Shown piece by piece: positions 12,401-27,687 of a stretch of 64,000 nucleotides of DNA (position 1 is its first letter; each line of letters opens with the position of its first letter). The stretch is from the NCBI GenBank assembly GCA_958009085.1, contig OY253681.1, positions 1-64,000 on the forward strand, given 5' to 3'. The notes below the pieces were generated by a model that did not search any database, was not told the origin of the DNA, and worked only from the letters and a program-made list of their open reading frames with translations. The stretch is from Protoeuglena noctilucae (taxonomy: Eukaryota). The position numbers and the translations under genes are program-made.

Positions 12401-15400
12401 GGGGTTGGAGATGGCGGCCGTGGTTGTGGACAGGCACTGCACCGTGACGGACGCGCCCGGCTGCCCGGACAGCACCACCTGCACCAAATCGCCCGCGGAC
12501 GTGGACGCCCCGGCCACCACCCGCACCACGTCCTGCGCCGCCAGGGCTGTGCCGGCCGCCACGGGGAACGCCCCCGCGCCCAGGGTGGCGGAGGCGCCGG
12601 CGAGGATCTGGATGGCCAGGGGCACGGCGTCGACGTAGAAGACGGTGGTGTCGGTGGTCGCCATGCCTCCCCCCGCGGTGGGGGTGCATATGAGGGCCAC
12701 GGGGATAGGCGTGCGCACGATGCCGGTGCTGGTGGTGACGGTGCCCAGGCGGATGCCCTGGGGCTGCGTGCCGTTGGCGGGGGAGAAGGTGACGGTGTAG
12801 TCGCTGGCCGTGAGGGAGTCGGGGAGCACGCCCGTCGACTGCGACTGGCATGTCACCGTCACGGACGCCGTGGGGTTGCCGTTGAGCGCCACCTGCACGC
12901 TGGCGCCCGCTGTGTCGGACGCCCCCTCCTGCCGTCGCACCTCGAGCCCCGCGGCGTTGGCCTGCGTCAGGCCCGGGGCCGACAGCACCGTGCCCTTGGT
13001 CAAGGCAACCCCGCTCTCATTCACGGCCGCCGACCCCGCCTGCACCTGGATTGTCAGCGGCACGGCGCGCACCGTGGCCGACCCCGCGTCCGCCGCCAGC
13101 AGCCCCCCCGTGGGCGTGGGCGTGCACGTGACCACCACGTCCTGCGCCGCACCGAGCGTGTCGACCACCGCAGGCAGCAGCAGGTCCTGGGCCACCGTGC
13201 CTGTCAGCGCCGTGAACTTGACCGAGGCGGCGGGGTTGGGCAGCACGGCCGGGGCGGAGCTGGTGCACGTGACCGTCACGTCCGCGGTGGGGTTGCCCGT
13301 CAGCACCACGCGCAGGGACGCGCCGGGGGAGTCGCTCTGCGCCTCCACGCGCCGCACCTTGCCCGTGAGGCTCGTGGCACCCACGGCGTACTTGGCGCCC
13401 GTGGCGTCGTTGATGGCGCTCGACCCGGCCACCATGACCACGTACAGGTGGCGGAGCAGGATGGTGGCTGAGGCGGGCTCGTCCGTGCCGATGCCGCCCA
13501 GGCCGTCCGCCGTGCAGGTGAGCGTCACGGTGGTGTCGGCCGTAACGTCCGCGGCCAGGGCCGGCAGCGTCACATTCTGGGGGGTCGCGCCGTCCGTCGT
13601 GGTGAAGCCGAAGGAGGAGGCCGGGCTCGGCAGCAGGGCCGTGTTGTTGGAGGCGCACGTGACGGTCGTGCCGGCCGAGGGATTGCCGTTCAGGGCCAGC
13701 TTGAGCGTCAGGCCCGGGCCGTCGGTGGTCCCCTCCACGAACAGCACCGTCTGGTTTGGGCCCAGGGCCGTGCCCGCCGTCAGCGCGCGCCCGTCCGCCG
13801 CCCGCGCCGCCGTCCCCGCCTGGATGACGATGGCCAGGCACAGGGCGCGCACGGTGACGCTCTGCGTTTCGCTGGCCCCCACGCCCCCCTGCCCGTCCGC
13901 GGAGCACACCACGCTCACGTCCGTGTCGTGGCGCACGTCCCCCACCGTGCCCAGCTTGATGTCTTTGGCCGTGGCGTCCATCAGCGTCACGGTGTAGTCC
14001 GACGCAACGCCGTCCGACAGGTAGGCGGGGGTGGCCGAGCGGCACGCCACCACGGTGGCCGCGGTGGGGATGCCGTTGAGGCCCACGGAGAGGGTCTGGC
14101 CGAGGGTGTCCGCGGCCCCCTCCAGGCGCGCCACTGCGTCCGACGGCCCCAGCGCCACTCCCTTGGCCCATGCGGCGCCCCCGGGCTGCACGGCACCCGA
14201 ACCGGCGCGGATGACGATCTTCAAGGGCGTGGCCGCGACGGTGACGGTGGCCGCGTCCCCGGCCGCCAGCCCCCCCGCGGCCGTGACGGCGGCGCACGTG
14301 ACCACGACGTCCTGCTCCGCGCTGATGGAGGCCACGGTGCCCAGGCGCACGCCCTGGGACGCCGCGCTCGTCGAGAAGGTCACTTGGTAGTCGGCGGCGG
14401 TGGTCGAGTCGGGGAGGGCCGACTGCCCCGAGGCCACCTTGCACGCCACGGTGACGGAGGTGGTGGGGACGGCGTTGAGCGCCACCTGCAGCGTGGCGCC
14501 CCGCGAGTCGGCCTGGGCCTCCACGCGCTGGACCTGCGAGCGAGGGCGGGGATGGGGCTGTCAAGGCCAGCAGGGAACATCCGTGCTCATGACGTGCGAG
14601 AGGGTGGGGCACGGGAGCATGACCCAAGGGCAAACGAGTTACCCGCGATGCACAGAGCGCAGGAGGACGCTAAAAAGAGAGACAGCGGCGCAATCAACGA
14701 ACAGCAGGCCCTGCTGGCTCGCCTTGTTGGTGATGGCTGCCCCGACCGCATAGGCCGTCCCACCCGCGTCGACGGCGCTGGTGCCGGCCGTGATGAGGAT
14801 GCTGAGCTTGACTGCCTGGACGTAGAAGGACTGCGTCTCGGTGGCCGCGAACCCCCCCGCGGCCAGTGGGGCGCACCGCACCTCCACGACCGTGTCGGCG
14901 GAGATGTCCGCCACCGTGCCCAGGCGGATGGGCTGGGGGGTGCGGCCGTTGGTGCCGGTGAAGGTGAGGACGTAGTCGGTGGCGTTGGCCGAGTCGGGGA
15001 GGGTGGTGGGCGCCTGGGACGTGCACGTGACGCTGACGGACCCCGTGGGGTTGCCGTTCAGCCGCACCTGGGCCGACGCGCCCAGAGAGTCGGGGACGCC
15101 CTCCACGCGGCGCACCTCGCGGCCCGCGCCGCCGCCCGTGATGGCGGTGCCCTTGGCCAGCGCGGCGCCCGCGTCGCTCACGGCGCTGGACCCCGCCTCG
15201 ATGACGATGGCGATGGGCACGGCGTGCACGACGGTCGTGGCCGTGGCGGGCAGCAGGCCGGAGAGGCCCCGCCCGATGCAGGTGAGCGTCACGTCCGCGG
15301 GGGCCGAGATGGACCCCACGGCCGGGAAGGTGAGGTTCTGCGGCGTGGCCCCGTTGGCGGTGCTGAAGGAGAGCGTGTAGTCGCTGGCGGACGAGGACTG

Positions 15401-18400
15401 GGTCAGCACGGCCGTCTGCGCGGAGTCCAGCGTGCACGTGACCGTGACCGCCTCGGGGGGGTTCCCCGACAGCGCCACCTGGAAGAGCCCCCCCGCGCCG
15501 TACAGCGTGCCCTCGACGGCCTCGGTCTTGTCGGTGGGGTACATGCGGGTGCCCGAGGTGCGGAGGGCGCTTGAGGCGTCGCGGTTGGCCGTCCCCGCCG
15601 TGATGACCACGCGCAGGTCGGCCACCAGCGCCGTCACGGTCGCCACGTCCGTCGCCGCCGTCTGCGCTGGCTCGAGGCCCGAGTTGGCGCCCGTGCCCGA
15701 CTGCACCCCGCACTGCAGCGTGGAGGTGGCCGACCCGGTCATGATGACCACGTACGCGTTCACGGCCGCCTTGTCGAACACCATGCCGTCCCCCACGCAC
15801 TGCACGTGCACCGTCGTCTGGTCCGCGGCCACGATGGCCTTGAAGGAAGCCCAGGGGGGGAGGACAGAGCCCGCGGCCTCCACGGCGCCCTTGCTGCTGT
15901 AGGAGATGGTTGCCTGCGCCACGGACAGCACGCTCGTCCCCACCTCGGCGCACGTGATGGTGCCGGCGCCGTCCGCCACGTCCCCCGCCACGCTGGCCCG
16001 CAGCACCAGCTCCCCCTGGTCCATGCCCGTGGGGGAGGAGGAGGACGTGGACAGCGCGCGGCCGGTGCCCGAGACGAGGGAGTAGGCCACGGCGGTGTTC
16101 TTGCCCTGCACGTACACGGTGGCGGACCCCTTGAGGGGCGAGGGGGACGCCCCGGCCGAGCACGTGAGGGCGAGGGGACCCGTGTCGGCGGACAGCTGCC
16201 CCATCACAAAGTTGGCCGAGTCGGGGAGCACGTCCCCGGGCATCTCGACCCCCGAGGAGGTGCCGGAGATGGTGTTGTCTGGGGTGGCTGCGCTGGCCAG
16301 GGGGCTGGTGGGCACGCACGTGATGGTGTAGGCGGCGTTGTAGACGTCCCCCGACACCTTGGCGAAGACCTGGAGGGTGGCGCCCTCCGACAGCACCAGG
16401 GCCTGCGCCGCCGTCGTGGGCAGCGCCTGGGTGCCTGCCGCGTCGGCGTAGAGGGTGAAGGTGGCGGCGGCCACGACGCGGACGGACGCGGTGGTGGACT
16501 GGCCCACCTGCACGCCCGCCGCGGCCGTGGAGGGCGCGCAGCTGACGATCACCGTCTGGTCGGTGGAGGTGGCCGGGACGGGGCCCAGCGACACGCCGGC
16601 CGCGGACGTGGTGGCCGACACGTTCGCCGTCACGTCTAAGGGGAGCGCCACCGGGTCGCTCGCCCCGCAGTGCACGGTGGCGGCCGCCGCGGACACCACC
16701 GCCACGACGGCCGCGGTGGCCCCTGTGCCCTCGAGGACCGCGGGGATGGATGCCGGCAGCGTCTGGCTCAGGGCCGCCCCGGCCACCAGGGAGGCCCCCG
16801 AGGCCGAGACGCCTGTAGCCGCCGCCTGGAGCACCAGCGCCGTGCCCGTGGCCGCGGTGGGGGCGACGCTGATAGGCTGCGAGTAGAGGGCGGCCGCCAC
16901 GGCCGACGAGGTGCACGTGACCGTGTGGGCGGTCGTCTGGCTCTGCCCCGTGCCGGGCAGCACCCGGCAGGGGACGTACCCGCCCTGTGCCGTGCCGCCG
17001 GGCACCACGCACGTGAAGTCCGTCACCACGGCGTTGCTGGGGGAGGAGGCGCACGTGACCGTGTACCCGGTGGCGGCGGTGGCCCCCGTGTTGCGGACGC
17101 GCACGGCCAGGCCGCCGTAGTACTCGCTACCCGCCACGACCTGGAGGGTGTTGGCGGCGGCGGTGGTCAGCACCGTGTTGACGGCGAGGGGGTTGCCGGC
17201 CTGGTTGGCCACCGAGGGCCCCGCCACGACTTGGAAGGGCTGCAGGAGGGCCAGCACGTGCACGGACGCCGTCTGCCCGAGGGTGAGCTCGGTGCCGTCG
17301 GCCGTGGTGGCCGCGCACGTGAGGGTCACCGTGGTGGTGGCCGAGGCGGACCCGACCTCGAAGGCCGGCAGCGACAGCGCCTGCGACCCCTGCATGGGCC
17401 CCGTTTCAGCGACGTCGGGGACGACCGAGGGGGCGGTGCTTTTGCACGAGACCTTGCTGGTGGTGGCGGTGCCCGAGGCGGCCTTGGCGTCCAGGTACAC
17501 GGCCGACGCGCTGCCGTCGCCGTTGCGCATGTAGAGGCCCAGGGTGGTGGCCGACGCCTGGCCCAGCACGGTGCCGGCCATCAGGGGCGTCGCCGCGTCG
17601 CCCTGCAGGGCCGCCGCGTGGGCCAGGACCTGCAGCGTCTTGATACCCGCCGGCCCCAGGGAGAGCAGCAGCGTGTGGGCGTCGGTGGCGGCCAGGTTGA
17701 CGGTGGCCGTCACGCCCGTCACGGCCGCCGCGGCCTGGCACGTGATGGACTGGAGCTGCCCGGTGGCGGTGCCCGTCATGCTCACGGCCTTGACCGCGCA
17801 GGGCACCGCAGTGGCAGCGGCCGTGCCCTGGGGCACGTCGCACGTTGTGTCGGCAATGTAACCCGACACGGCCGCACACTTGACCTGCAGGGAGGGGGAG
17901 GGAGAGGCGCGTGAGTGACGGAAGACGGCGAGAGATGGCGCAGCGCTGGTGGCAGTTAACGCACCTGGTAGTCAACTGCAGTTGGCCCAGCCACGTTGAT
18001 GATCTCCAGCCACCCGACCACGTCCTGGGCGGCCGAGACGGCCACGGCGCGGCCAGTGTGGGAGACCGAGTCGAGGGCCGTGCCGGCGGCCAGCAGCGCG
18101 TTGCCTGCGTTGTTGGTCAGGAGCCCCCCCGCGGCCACCTGAAAAACCGCGTTGGTCTTGCTGGGCACGATGTAGGCGCGGAAGGAGAGGGTGTCGGCGC
18201 TGTTGGCGGAGACGTTGGTGGAGACCGTCATGGACGTGTTGCCGAAGTTGGTGAAGCTGAAGGTGCAGGTGACGGTGACCAGGGCCCCGTTAAGCGTGGT
18301 AGGGGTGGCCACCGTGCCGCCCACCGTCAGCGCAGAGGTGTTGGCGGTGGGGGCGCCGCCGGATGCCAGCGCCAGCGTCATTGTCGTTCCTTGTTGCGCC

Positions 18401-18750
18401 CCGCACGTCACCGTCGCCTGGATGGCCGTGGTGCTGCCCAGGTTCACCGTGGCCACCACGTCCAGCAGGCTGGACAGGCTGGCGCCCTCGTAGAGCACCA
18501 CCGTCTGGCTCGGCGTGGCGTTGGCCAGGTTCGCTGTCGTGTCTTGCAGCGGCGTCGACCCGTCGCCGGCCGCCCCGTTCAGCAGGAGCGCCTGCGGCTT
18601 GGCCACCAGCTTGATGTTGGACGTCGACACGAACTCGGCAGCACGCGTCCCCGCCGCGAACAGGGTGCAGGCCAGGCAGACAGTAGCTAGAAGGCGCCAC
18701 CATCGGCCCTGCGGGGGCGGAGGAGCCAGCGGCATTGCACGCTTCCCCAT
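6477..18750 (-). CDS. Giant secreted/GPI-anchored repeat surface protein (~3,865 aa, 6 exons)
   Basis: Exons 18750-17965, 17884-14723, 14533-9242, 9099-8182, 8022-6949 and 6842-6477 join in phase 0. N-terminal signal peptide (LLATVCLACTLFAAGTRA). About 30 repeats of ~105 aa with CxSS...T(Y/V)TC. SPTP linker. Hydrophobic C-terminus (AILAGIVGALGAAVALAM*). Confidence 0.9.
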
Positions 18751-19392
18751 CCGACGCGTGCGCGGTGAGCCTGGCGCGCCCCGCGAGCCGCACCTCCTGA
18801 AGACCCGAACCCCCGCGCATGGCCTAACTTGGGGCTCTGAGGCCCTCAACGTCCGGAGCCCACAATGTCCACGCACCCTGCGCAGGCGGCACGCATGCAG
18901 GTTGCAGGTGCCGGCCTGTCCCAGCGGAAAGGGAAGCGCCGGCATCAGGCACAGACGGCCAGACGCCAACATTCTATGAGGAGCGTCGCGCGCGGGTGCC
19001 CAGCGCGCAAGCGGTGCGCCGCGGGGGTCGCTAACACATGCACACGCTTCGCACCCTGCTTCCTCCGGCCGGCGAGGCGCGCGAGACGATGTTCGGCCAG
19101 AGAATGGCTTGACTATCGCGTATGTAGTTGCTATGAGATCGCAAGGTCCTCAGGCGCGGCGCTAGAGGAGAAGGGAGGTTTTCTTGACAGCTTCCCCCAG
19201 ACCTACCCTTCCGCGATGTCCTTTGTGCTAAGACTAAACAACAGTAGCCACAGGCGGGCCGCCGGGCCCCCGTCGACTCGCAGCTGACGTCCCGCGGCCA
19301 TGGAGTCAGGTCTGTCATGCGAGCCCGATCGTTTTCATTGGACAAACCGCCGAGTCGCTTCACTCCGTTGATCCACGCATTGCCTGAAACCC

Positions 19393-22635
<3,243 letters not shown>

Positions 22636-22849
22636 CCACTGCAGTCGGTGGGTGCGTGCGGGCCGACGTCCGACGCTCTTTAGGACCTCTTCTTCACTCC
22701 CTCAGGGGTCTCTCTGATCTCTGCTTAAAGTCCCGAGCCCTGCTTGCAAGACAGACGCTGTAGCAACGAGTGCAAATGGTACTTTGTCACTTGGGGCTTC
22801 AATGACGGCCAACTAACCACGTCAGGGCTCGCAAGTCGCAGCACGTTTC

Positions 22850-23530
22850 TCACTTTGCGTTGACAATGTCATCACAGACCTGCTTGAGGACTCGGAACAC
22901 CTGCCCACGCATGGAGTTCGCCGCCTGCTGGAACTTGTCTGCCTCCGCTCCCCTGGTCTTGACGACGCTCTCATACGCCCAGTCGTCTTCATCGTTTTCA
23001 CTCGCGAACTCCCGCACGCGGATCTCCCCCTTCGTCGTGGCCCCCTCCCCCGCGGGGCGCCCCTCCCACTCCAGGGTCGCCTTCAGGTCATACATGCACA
23101 GCTTGCGCGTCGCCTTGCGCGTGGAGACGGACGCATCACCCTCGCACGACACCTGCACAGAGGGCGTCCACGGCACAGCGTCACCCCTGCGAGCGCATGT
23201 TCGCAAAGTTACGGAGTCCTGTCGCGCTGCCTCACCATGTTGGTGATGCACACCACTCCACCATCGTCGAGCGCCTCCTCCAGCCCCACCAGCCGCTGGT
23301 TCAGCTGACTCACCACCCACGGCAGGCAATTCCGCTCCTGCAAAGGGCAGATTGCGGCACCATGACGACATCATGACCCTGTTGCGGTTCCTGTCTCCGT
23401 TAACACCGCTGATACTCTGCACGGCAGCTCAACGCAGGCTGCGCACCTCCCAGTGCCACGCATTGACGTTCGCGCCGTCTTTCCGGTCTTCTACGATCCA
23501 ACGCTCGTCCCTCTTATCCCACTCAGCCAT
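22850..23530 (-). CDS. Activator of Hsp90 ATPase N-terminal (Aha1_N) domain protein
   Basis: RDERWIVEDRKDGANVNAWHWE (NxNxWHW motif), CEGDASVSTRK and YDLKATLEWEG. No C-terminal AHSA1 domain seen. Confidence 0.9.
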
Positions 23531-23873
23531 GCTGCGCAGGACGGTCGCGAGTAAGACAGTCTGGGCGTCGAGCCGAGGAAACCGGACCCTTCCGATGCAA
23601 GGGTGGGCGATAAGAGCCGTTCGAGGAGGCGCTGCGGGTCGCTTGCGATGCAATACAGTGACATCGACCGATTCGGGCAGGCGTGTGCAAATCGCCGCGT
23701 CGACTGCGCAGATAAATACGCTGGCGTAGCGCTGGCGTGACGCCTGCACGTCAGAGGCGCCTGAGCGTGTTCGTAGAAGGCGATCCGAGTCAGCGGACCT
23801 CGGTCATCTCCCGCGCCCCCGTGGCGCATTCAAAGCCCCCGCGGATGGCTGCCTCCAGAGTTTCCGGGTAAAA

Positions 23874-25638
23874 ATGGGGAGGCCGAAGCGTGCGTCCGCA
23901 CAGCGCGCGACTCGCTTCATGGAGGCCGTAGTGGGGGACGAGTATGAGGAGGAGGAGAGGCGGGAGGAGAAGCGGGAGGTCGTGGTCGCGCCTCCCGGCC
24001 CAGCACGCTCCAAGGGCCGCACGGAGCCCTCCGGCACGGAGCCCTCCCGCACGCAGCCGCCCTCCCGCACGGAGCCGCCCTCCCGCACGGAGCCGCCCTC
24101 CCGAACGGTGCCTTCCCGCATAAAGCCTCCCCACGTAGCTCTCCCAGAGGGAGGGCGTGGCACCAAGCATGGGCGTCTGAGCGCGCGTCCCTGGGACGAC
24201 GACGACGACGACGATGCCGAAGTTGTGGTGCTGCAAGCCAGGCCTGCGGAACCTGCACCGAGAAGTCGGGTGGGTGTTCCAACCGGTCTGGGCTTGGAAA
24301 GGGTCGGCGTTGCCGTTTGGAAAGCGATGCAGCGCCCATCTGTCCTTCCTGGCGTAGGGATTGAAGGCCGAGAAGCGCGTGGACGCGGCGGGGCGGACGG
24401 TGAAGACGCGGTCCTTCTGCCCGCAACCGCTCCTGGAGCGCATCGCGCGGGCCAAGCCCAACAGTGGCCACCGGTGGGGCGGCATGGGCACCGCGCAATG
24501 ACTGATGCCCCGCAAGTGCTTGTGCGACATCAGAGTGACCCTGACCGCATACGCAGGCTCTTCCTGGTGGACAGGCGCGTGGTGCGGCAGATGGACGACC
24601 CCGAAGGACCCGCCGAGCAGTACGCGGTGCTGGGGGCGACGGGCAACGTGTACAGCGTGTCTGTGGACCGGCAGCCATCGTGCACGTGTCCCGACCACGC
24701 ACGCCGTGGGGACCTGTGCAAGCACATCCTGGTAAGGGATGCGCTGGCAGGCTGCAAACCCCTTTGTTCGCATAATCATGCCTCACGCCATCTTACCATG
24801 ACCACTGCAGTTCGTCTACATGCGAGTGCTCCGCCTGAGCTCCGAGGACCCCTGCGTGTACCAGAAGGCATTGCTGAGCTCCGAGGTGGGGGGCCTGTGA
24901 TGACCAGCAGTGCAAGTGCCGGCGTCGCTACCCGCCATGGATATTCATCCCATCCATCTCTCCCCCGCAGCTCCGCGAGATGATGTCCGGGGCGAGGAGC
25001 GTGCTGCTGTTCGGGGACGACCACGCCGTGGCGGAGGAGGGGGTGCGCGCCGCGTACCACCAGGCCATGACGGGGCAGGCCGCCCCGTCGGAGGGACCGC
25101 GTGACGACCCCGAGTGCTGCATCTGCTTTGACGACCAGGTCCCGGCGCAGGAGAGCTACTGGCGAGTGGGCGCGAGCAAGCGGGAGGCGGAGGTGGGGAC
25201 GGGGCTGTCCATGCGCGGCGACCCTTATGGACTTCCTGTGCCCCGCGCATCCCTCGCAGCGCTTCCTGCAAGCACGCCTGCCACACCGAGTGCATGCGCA
25301 TGTGGCACGGGGAGAAGATGCGGACGGTCGGGCAAGTGACGTGCCCCATGTGCCGCGCCCCGTGGGTGGACGCGGCTGGCAAGGTCGGGGGGGCGGCGGC
25401 CGGGGCGCGTGGGGCAGGTGAGGCGGCGACTGCGATGCAGTGCGGTGCCTGGGAACCCGCACTTGCCTTCGTGTGCCAACTCGACAGCCCCTCTCGCCCC
25501 GCAGCGGCAGGGTCGGGCCAGCCGCTCAACCTCGCCCAGTACAGCGCGGCCCACCGCGGCGCCGACCTGTCGATCCACGCCCTGTACGGGGAGCGGGCCC
25601 GGTGGATTGGCGGGGGCAAGAAGCGGCGCAGGTGGTAG
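23874..25638 (+). CDS. SWIM zinc finger plus RING finger protein (MEKK1/ZSWIM2 N-terminal-like putative E3 ligase)
   Basis: VLGATGNVYSV, CTCPDHARRGDLCKHIL (SWIM), ECCICFD...CASCKHACHTECMRMW...CPMCRAPW (RING). Confidence 0.9.
24016..24120 (+). repeat. Coding 18-bp minisatellite (TEPPSR-like, about 5 copies)
   Basis: cgcacggagccgccctcc and variants repeated in tandem inside exon 1 of the SWIM-RING gene. Confidence 0.85.
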
Positions 25639-25870
25639 GCGAGGGGGTTGTTGTCTAAGAGCGGCGCTCGTTGAGTTTCATCTGTCTGTCTACGGCACCT
25701 TCTATACCAGCTAGGGTTGGTTGCCCTACCAGCATTGTGCCAGGATTTCGCTGCCGGCTTTTGAACTTACGCTTCCGGATAAGTTCTGCTTTGGCTGTCT
25801 TCCAAGCATCCGCGTGCCGCAAACGATCGGCGGCCGGGTGCCCGGCGCGGCGCGAGGGGCGCGGCGCGTC

Positions 25871-27604
25871 ATGCACCTCGCGACTGCCCTGTTTGCGCTC
25901 ACCCTCTTCGCCAGCGGAGTCCACGGGAGCCGGCGCAGCATTTGCGGGAAGGAGGGTTGCAGCATTTCGGATATTCCAGCCTTAGAGGACAGGTCCGGCG
26001 ATGGCAGTTCGCGAACAAGCGCAGCACCCAAGAAAAACGAGCCGGGGGCCTGACTGGGTGTGCTGTCGCGCCGCGAAACGACGGCGAGTGTAAGTATTCG
26101 CAAGCCTCGCGCCTCGCACGCAGGAGTGCCTGCGGGCTCGCGGCCGACCTCGACCCAGCCATCGCGTTGTGCGACCCAGACCGATTGCTCGCGGAGGACG
26201 AGGCTGCGACGCTGGCGATCACATTGGCGAATATAAGATATCGAAGAAATGAGTTTGCGGACTCCATCCCGAGCCTGTGCACGGGGCAGGCCCGGCTGGG
26301 GTACCAGGTGTGCGGATGCGCGTCCTCGTTTTTGCTGTAATGCTGTGGGATTTCGCTCGGGCGCTTTGGGCGATCCACATCCACGGCTTGACTCTCCTGC
26401 GTTTCCCGCAGGTTGGGCTGCTGGTTGTGAGCCGGCTTGCGAGGGAGGAGGTGCGGAGCGCGCGTGCCTGGCCGCTGCTCCGGTTGGGTGCGGCCGTTGT
26501 GACTCAGCCCCTCTGTGCATCGCAGAAGGGCACGAGTCACCCCGCGCACGAGGTCTCGCGCGGCCTCGCTCGCGACTTGATGGGCCACTGGGCGCTGGGG
26601 GACGAGGGGTGCGATGATGGCGTGGTGTGGGTGCTGGAGGCACGGCCTGAGGGGCTGCCCCGCCCGGCCATGACGTCCGTCGCGGGGGAGGGTGCGGCCG
26701 CGCATCTGCTGGAGAGGGAGCTGGCGGGCATCTCGGACGCATTCGACCAGGACCTGCAGGCGAGTGCGTGGGTGCATGGGTGCGGTGTCTGACACGCGCC
26801 CTGCATGCGACCAAGACCTGCAGGCGAGTGCATGGGTGCGATGGCTCACATGCACGCAGCACCCGGCATTTAGCGACAGCTTCAAGCGACGCCTGCCTTC
26901 CCACCACGTCGCAGGCGGGCAAGTCTCTGGGCCGCGCGGCGCTCCTGGCCCTGCAGCGGACGGCGCGGTGTCTCTCCCAGGACTGCCACCGCAGCCGCGG
27001 CCACGGGTGGCGGCTGCCGGATGACCCGGGGCCCTTCCGCGTCCCTCCCATGCTCCTGGCCCTGGGATCCCTCGCCCTCGGGGCCGCGATGGCACTGGTG
27101 GCCATGAACCGCCCCGTCAAGCCTCCCCGCGCGCCCCGAGCCCCGGTCTTTAAAATTGCAGTGCGGGAAGGTGACGAGGCACGCGATGACTTTGTTGTGC
27201 GAATGGCGATGACTGACGGCCATGCTTGCCGTCCCTGCCTGGGTCACATCTGCTAGGGGAACCCTGGGTTCTGCCCACCCCGCTCCATGCTGCCCATGCT
27301 GCCATGCTGCCCATGGCGTCCATGTTCTCCATGCTGCCCAGAGTCGGTGCGCGAGGAGGTGGACCGTGCCATCGCGAGGGACGTGGAGGGGGGAGGGTCG
27401 CGGAGGAAGATTGTGGTGGAAGAAGAAGCCGAGGGGGCCGAAGGGGCGGCGGGGGCGGGGCGGGCGTCGGGCACGGCCAGCCCCGCGCATGGAGGGGCGG
27501 AGCGCGGGCGGGAGGGGGCTGTCGAGGAGCAGGGGGCGCGGGTGCAGAGGGGCGGGAGGAAGGGGGCGACGGGGGAGCTGAGACTCAGGGCCGCGGCGGA
27601 GTGA
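25871..27604 (+). CDS. MOLO-1/TPM-domain type I membrane protein
   Basis: Signal peptide MHLATALFALTLFASGVHG; LCDPDRLL, GYQ|VGLLVVSRL and LARDLMGHWALGDEGCDDGVVWVL resemble MOLO-1/TPM motifs; single TM LLALGSLALGAAMALVAM. Confidence 0.7.
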
Positions 27605-27687
27605 CAGAGTGGCATGACGTGAGTTGCGTAACGATTTCATTCTTAGACATTCGTAGAGTACTGCACTAAGACAATGCGTTGAAGGCA

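Noticed and set aside
6700..18700. Long plus-strand and alternative-frame ORFs (e.g. 11549-13471, 13928-15574, 14694-17054)
   Set aside because: Shadow ORFs caused by very high GC3 in the real minus-strand gene; low-complexity Gly/Arg/His translations.
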